This document shows positions 15,265 through 20,000 of a DNA stretch of 20,000 bases, in pieces. Each line of letters starts with the position of its first letter. Within the stretch, counting starts at the first letter, position 1. Under the pieces are notes generated by a model. The model saw nothing but the letters and a program-made list of their open reading frames with translations. It did no database searches and had not been told where the DNA came from. Source of the stretch: Craspedostauros australis (lineage: Eukaryota); NCBI GenBank assembly GCA_030167865.1, contig JALAGF010003307.1:53371-73370 (forward strand), read 5' to 3'. Position numbers and translations under genes: made by a program.

Positions 15265-16788
15265 ATGCTATTCGCCAGCTGCAGAATGATCACGGCTTCT
15301 GTTGCTGTTGCTGCCGCTGCCATGCTTGCCCACACAGCATCGGGATTCAATGTCGGCTACGCCTCCCTCCGCAACCCGAGCCTTCGCCCCGATCGGCCAG
15401 CATCTGCCGCCAAACGCTTTGTGCACAAACGGCACTGGAATCGGCACCGGCAAAATCAGAAATGGCCCAGGTCCGCCACCTTCCTGACGACGACCACAAC
15501 GTCGGCCGAAGAATATGATACAATTGCTGATGCGGGCGCACCCGCGTGGGATGAAGGCGTCGACGCTGCGACGACATCGCGGCGATCTTCATCCACACGT
15601 CCAGCCGCAACCTACACACAGAACAGACGATCTTTCGGAGCCGCAGTTCCACAGATGGCGAAGCTCGCCCATTCCTTGCCAATCGAACCATTCCGACCCG
15701 CCTGGTGGGCCAGGAATGCGCACATTCAAACTATCGTCGGCGGACTGTTCCGCAGCACATGCGGTTACATCACGGATTTGCTCACGAATATATCCTCCGC
15801 ATCGTCGACACATTTGCAGCAGTTCGCTTGGGACAGGATCGAGACCGTCGACACGCCGGATGGCGACTTTTACCAAACCAACTGGAAGTATGCTGCATCC
15901 GGCAATCATGACGATGACGCGACTGCCAACAATGCATTCGAGGTGGATGCCGATTCGGATCGCCCGCTGGTCATCATCAGCCACGGGCTGGAATCGAACG
16001 CCGAATCCTTCCTTGTCAAGGACATGACAACTGCATTCAACAACGTCGGCATGGACGCCGTGTGCCTCAGCCACCGCAGCTGCGGCAAGGACATTAACCG
16101 CACCACTAAAGCCTACCACCTCAGCTTCACCGACGACTTGAAACACATGGTGGAACAGATCGCCTCCATTACCCCCGGCCGTCGCATCTATCTGGCCGGA
16201 TTCTCGCTGGGCGCCAATGTCGTGACCAAGTACCTCGCAGAGATGGGTGAAAAGGCGCAAACGTTCAATGTTTGCGGTGCGGCCGTCAACGCGGCTCCGT
16301 TCGATCTCACCAAAGTCTACGTCAATCTCAACGAGGACGGCTTCTCCAAGTCATTGTATGGCTCTCTCATTCTCGAGAAGTTGATCCAAAAGATTGAGAA
16401 CACGCACTACCTCGTGCCGTTCCAGTTCACGCTGGATGAGCTCCGAAAGTGCAAGACGATACTGGATTTCGAAGAGCTCGTCATATGTCCGGAGTTTGGG
16501 TTCCGCGACGCGATGGATTACTACGAGAAATCAGCGACGCATCATTTGCTCGACCGCATCCGGGTGCCGCAGCTGATCGTCCAGGCCATGGACGACCCCT
16601 TCCTCATGGGCAACACGAATCCACCCAACGACCCCTCGCTGCCGGTGCGCATCCATTACACGCCTCATGGTGGGCACTGCGGGTATGTGCTGTCGGAAAA
16701 CCATGCGAGCGATGGAAAGACGACATGGATGCCGACGCAGCTTGCTCGGTTCTTGGATCACGTCGATCAGAACCGGGGAACACGGTGA
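15265..16788 (+). CDS. Alpha/beta-fold hydrolase, YheT / ABHD1-3 (AB hydrolase 4) family, predicted plastid-targeted
   Basis: Motifs NAHIQTI, TPDGD, HGLES, RSCG, GFSLG (nucleophile Ser), DDPF (Asp), GGHCG (His). N-terminal hydrophobic signal peptide ending ASG|F, then an R/S/T-rich transit-like peptide. Start at 15265 or 15286; the upstream ATGs at 15220-15234 lie in a CATG/CACA repeat. Confidence 0.9.
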   Translation: MLFASCRMITASVAVAAAAMLAHTASGFNVGYASLRNPSLRPDRPASAAKRFVHKRHWNRHRQNQKWPRSATFLTTTTTSAEEYDTIADAGAPAWDEGVDAATTSRRSSSTRPAATYTQNRRSFGAAVPQMAKLAHSLPIEPFRPAWWARNAHIQTIVGGLFRSTCGYITDLLTNISSASSTHLQQFAWDRIETVDTPDGDFYQTNWKYAASGNHDDDATANNAFEVDADSDRPLVIISHGLESNAESFLVKDMTTAFNNVGMDAVCLSHRSCGKDINRTTKAYHLSFTDDLKHMVEQIASITPGRRIYLAGFSLGANVVTKYLAEMGEKAQTFNVCGAAVNAAPFDLTKVYVNLNEDGFSKSLYGSLILEKLIQKIENTHYLVPFQFTLDELRKCKTILDFEELVICPEFGFRDAMDYYEKSATHHLLDRIRVPQLIVQAMDDPFLMGNTNPPNDPSLPVRIHYTPHGGHCGYVLSENHASDGKTTWMPTQLARFLDHVDQNRGTR

Positions 16789-17290
16789 CAGCACAAAACC
16801 ATGCCATGTCGCGTCGCAGTGCCAACCTTGTGCAATTCACTCCAGTGCTGTGCAGCGAAGAAGCACAACGCTGGCTGCCTGAATCGTCGGCTCTGCCTAC
16901 CCATCCTCCAATCATGATCGCATCCACGCAAAAGAGCATTTCTTCTGCCAAAATGCACACCAATCAGATTCCAAATCATTATTGCATTTCCTAATTCTTA
17001 CACACTTAGATCAATTCAAATCACTCCACTTCATTTCATTTTTTGTTTTGTTTTCATTTTCGCCTCTGATCTCAGCTTGCGATACCATGGAATACGAGTA
17101 CTCGTAGAGTACCATTGGAGCAGGGCACTCCTGCAGGCCCTCCTATCATGAGCACGAGTTGGGTTCGCTCTCTTATTGTAAGGTGTTGTGCACGTTTGTT
17201 CTCCTTCTGATATCCGCCTACCAATACTCGTACTCGCGTGAGTCTGTGTGGTCGTCAGATGGGGAACGGGCGTTCTTCGAACTCGCACAC

Positions 17291-19267
17291 TCAAACCATG
17301 CGATTACGGAGGTTGTAGACGCCGTAGACCAGGAGGGAGACCACGACCATGCCGCTCACGAGGATGAAAGGAGCGGCGAAGGAGGCCGAGATGCGTTCGT
17401 CGCCATTGGCCGAGGCGCTGCCGTCTCGGTTCGCGGTATTCCCGGACATGGTGCTGTTGGCGTTGGTCGTGCTGTTCGTTTCCAGACGAATCGTGGTTCC
17501 GAAGTCGATCTGCACCGCAGCTCCATCTTGAAGGTTTTCGGAGAGAGCACGACGGGAACCGGGGGTGGCCTGAATGAGGGAGGTCATGCCTGTGACAACG
17601 ATCTGAGGGGTGATAAACCAGTCCGCGCTGGGGGTGACAAGGATGGTGCAAGCCTCTTCCTCGCAAATGACGGTCGATGATGTTCCTCCAGAGACGGCCT
17701 CCAGCAGGTCTATGATTTCTTCTCCCTGGTCGAGTTCCAAAGTGTCAACGGATTGGAAAACCACGGCGGTGGAATTGACCATGAGGCAGAGACGCAGCTC
17801 GTCATTGAGAGAGAGAAGATCGGATTCGCCCACGCAGGCGTTCGCGACGTCACATCTGCAAAAGAGCACATCCTGGCTCGACAGTATGAATGGCGTATTG
17901 GTCGGCATGGAGGATGCATGCGTCGATGGTTCGGTGGACGGGTCAGTGGATGGATTTGTGGATGGCATTGTGGATGGCTCGATAGACGGTTCGATGGAGG
18001 GTTCCGCAGACGGCTCGGTAGATGGCCCGGCGCTTGGAGTGTGTGATGGATCCTGAGATGGTTGAGTCGACGGCATCGCGGATGGCACGGTCGATGGTTC
18101 TTGCGAAGGCGAGAGAGATGGAAATGCACTTGGGCTTGCTGTCGGAGGAACCGAGGGCTGGTCAGATGGTGCATAAGATGGCGACTCAGACGGAAGTTGC
18201 GATGGCACTGCGGAAGGACGAGCAGACGGAGCGACCGAAGGTGGGCGAGACGGAACGCTTGATGGGCCAGTAGATGGAGAGACGGATGGAGCATCTGTCG
18301 GCATCCCTGAGGGGTGCTGCGTCGGAAGGCCGGTGGGGGACACGGATTGCTGCGCAGAGGGTTCTCCTGTCGGTTCCATCGTCGGTGCCTCCGTTGGCGC
18401 TCTCGTCGGCGCTTTCGTGGGCGTAGTCGACGCAAACGCGGAGGGCGCGAGAGTGAGATTCACCTTCATCGACTTACTCTTTGACTTGGTGCTTTTGCTG
18501 AGCGATTCGTTGAGGGACTTGTTTGACTTGTCGGACTTGGTGGGCATGAAGGATGTTGGCGATTCCGTCTCAAAGCTTTTCGATGTTGGTACGTCGAATG
18601 GCATTTTGGCGGACTTCTTGGAACTCTTCGTGGATTGGTCTGTCGACGTTGGTTCGTCGAATGGCATTTTGGCAGACTTCTTGGAGAATTTCGTCACGGT
18701 GGGCGCCGCAGACGGCATCTTGAGATCCTGGGCGGGGAGGTCTTCGATCGACGACAAGGAGCTCGGCTTCTGCGACTTGCTGGTGGACTTGCTGGCGGAC
18801 TTGGATGTCTTGACAGGAGCGCTCTTGGAAGCCTTTGAGGATTTAGCGGACTCGGAGGATTGGGAGGCTTCCGAAGGCGGTGCTGTGCGTCTGGTTGGCA
18901 CATCTGTGGACATGGGATCGGTGGGCTTGGAAGTGATGGCAACTGGCGAGGCAGTCGGCGCATTGGTGTCATCGAACGACTCATCGGATGAGCTGGTCGA
19001 TCCTTTGCTGGTCTTGGACGTTGCCTTGGACGTTGCCTTGGACGTTGCCTTGGACGTCGCCTTGGACTGAGAGTCGGAGCTGGATGCTGAACCGGCCTTT
19101 GCGGACTTGATGTTCCGCACGCTCAGTGGAAGGACTTTCGGGTTGGACGAAGACACCGAGACGGATGGCTCAGCCGCAGCCGCAGCAGCGGTCCCGTGAC
19201 TGCAAAGTGACGAGCACAGCAGGAGCATGATGGAGGAAGCAGCGGCGGTCAGAGAGCTGGGCTTCAT
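17291..19267 (-). CDS. Type I membrane/cell-surface protein: signal peptide, Lys/Ser-rich (KxxK) region, PSxxPS/PTxxPT mucin-like stalk, Cys-containing domain, C-terminal TM helix
   Basis: 658-aa ORF with hydrophobic N-terminus; [18 protein letters not shown] and KSSKKSAK motifs; dozens of 4-residue PS/PT units; C-R-C-x4-C...C...C-x4-C domain; [20 protein letters not shown] and a very short tail. Confidence 0.85.
   Translation of the reverse strand: MKPSSLTAAASSIMLLLCSSLCSHGTAAAAAAEPSVSVSSSNPKVLPLSVRNIKSAKAGSASSSDSQSKATSKATSKATSKATSKTSKGSTSSSDESFDDTNAPTASPVAITSKPTDPMSTDVPTRRTAPPSEASQSSESAKSSKASKSAPVKTSKSASKSTSKSQKPSSLSSIEDLPAQDLKMPSAAPTVTKFSKKSAKMPFDEPTSTDQSTKSSKKSAKMPFDVPTSKSFETESPTSFMPTKSDKSNKSLNESLSKSTKSKSKSMKVNLTLAPSAFASTTPTKAPTRAPTEAPTMEPTGEPSAQQSVSPTGLPTQHPSGMPTDAPSVSPSTGPSSVPSRPPSVAPSARPSAVPSQLPSESPSYAPSDQPSVPPTASPSAFPSLSPSQEPSTVPSAMPSTQPSQDPSHTPSAGPSTEPSAEPSIEPSIEPSTMPSTNPSTDPSTEPSTHASSMPTNTPFILSSQDVLFCRCDVANACVGESDLLSLNDELRLCLMVNSTAVVFQSVDTLELDQGEEIIDLLEAVSGGTSSTVICEEEACTILVTPSADWFITPQIVVTGMTSLIQATPGSRRALSENLQDGAAVQIDFGTTIRLETNSTTNANSTMSGNTANRDGSASANGDERISASFAAPFILVSGMVVVSLLVYGVYNLRNRMV
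18593..18685. repeat. 30-bp direct repeat (18593-18622, 18656-18685; 1 mismatch) encoding [10 protein letters not shown] twice
   Basis: GTCGAATGGCATTTTGGC(G/A)GACTTCTTGGA read twice, 63 bp apart. Confidence 0.85.
19013..19067. repeat. 12-bp coding tandem repeat (CTTGGACGTTGC) x4.5 encoding (SKAT)4
   Basis: Read directly; one unit has a single substitution. Confidence 0.9.
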
Positions 19268-19340
19268 GGTGGTGGTGTCTTGCTTGCAGTATTTCTTGTG
19301 CTTTGGACGATGTGTTTGCTTCAGTATTGGCCTTCTGTGA

Positions 19341-19371
19341 TGGTCTGTTGAACTGGTCTGTTGAACTGGTC
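19341..19371. repeat. 13-bp tandem repeat (TGGTCTGTTGAAC) x2.4 upstream of the surface-protein gene
   Basis: Read directly, about 75 bp upstream of the ATG at 19267. Confidence 0.8.
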
Positions 19372-20000
19372 GACGGAGGTTGCGAGGACGCTCCGTTCTG
19401 TGTGGGAGACGATTTGAATGTATGAGCTGTTCAACTTATGAGCTCTCCAGCTTTCTCTTCGACTGTAGCTTCAGCTGAGTTGCCGTGTCTCAATTGTGTT
19501 GATGCCCACTTCATCATGGACCGCGCTTGGACTCCATACTCGGAGCACGAACCCCGCATGGCATCACAGAGTGAGGCAGGCAGCCGCGTGATCAACGCGA
19601 TGCAACACACGCCGAGTAGAATCCACCACAAAACAGGGTGCCCCTGTTTCTTGCCTTTCATCGCTTCTTGTCGACCACGACGCAATGCGACAGCCACCAC
19701 CAATGTCGGTGATTGGCGCTGGCGCTTGTCGGCCCCATGACACGATGAACAACGCAGGGGATAGCAACCAAGAAGGTTCAACTTTGCCGCGGCGTTCCAC
19801 AAAATAGGAGCAAGAACGGAAAGACATGAGCTTGACCGATGTCTGCGTTCGCCGATCCAGTTTTTCGACAGATTTGCCGTTTTTCGTCGTGGGTGACAAC
19901 TGTCGTTGGTTGGCGTATAGTTAAATTGCGTTAGTTCGCGTCGTTTTTCGCGTGTCCGAGATGTCCCCGTAGATGGAACAAATCCGGATTGGATCGTTTG

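Noticed and set aside
17610-19070. Plus-strand ORFs 17610-18056 and 18333-19070
   Set aside because: Antisense mirrors of the repetitive surface-protein gene.
19013-19371. Short direct repeats as a CRISPR-like array
   Set aside because: They are head-to-tail tandem repeats without spacers, in a eukaryotic context with no cas genes.
19431-19899. Small ORFs at the right end
   Set aside because: Overlapping short ORFs on both strands with no family motifs; coding status cannot be supported.

Overview
Eukaryotic genomic DNA with GT-AG introns, most likely from a diatom. This is inferred from bipartite plastid presequences, a KxxK/PSxxPS surface protein and an Ambal-like retroelement. The main feature is a full-length, apparently intact 8,341-bp non-LTR retrotransposon on the minus strand (1090-9430), bounded by a perfect 17-bp target-site duplication (TACTCCAGTGGGCATCA at 1073-1089 and 9431-9447). 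It encodes an 810-aa ORF1 with no domain I can recognise and an ORF2 with AP endonuclease, RT, RNase H and a C-terminal zinc knuckle. Three things are unusual: ORF2 has no AUG before the endonuclease and overlaps ORF1 in the +1 frame, the 3' end is T-rich rather than poly(A), and the 3' UTR is short with GC hairpins. The element sits 25 bp upstream of the first ATG of a two-exon nucleoredoxin/tryparedoxin-like gene (WCPMC split by an intron). The remainder holds the 3' end of a possible RING-like gene, a two-exon two-pore K+ channel with an unrecognised C-terminal domain, a plastid-targeted YheT-type alpha/beta hydrolase, and a membrane-anchored Lys/Ser- and Pro/Ser-rich protein with silaffin-like motifs.
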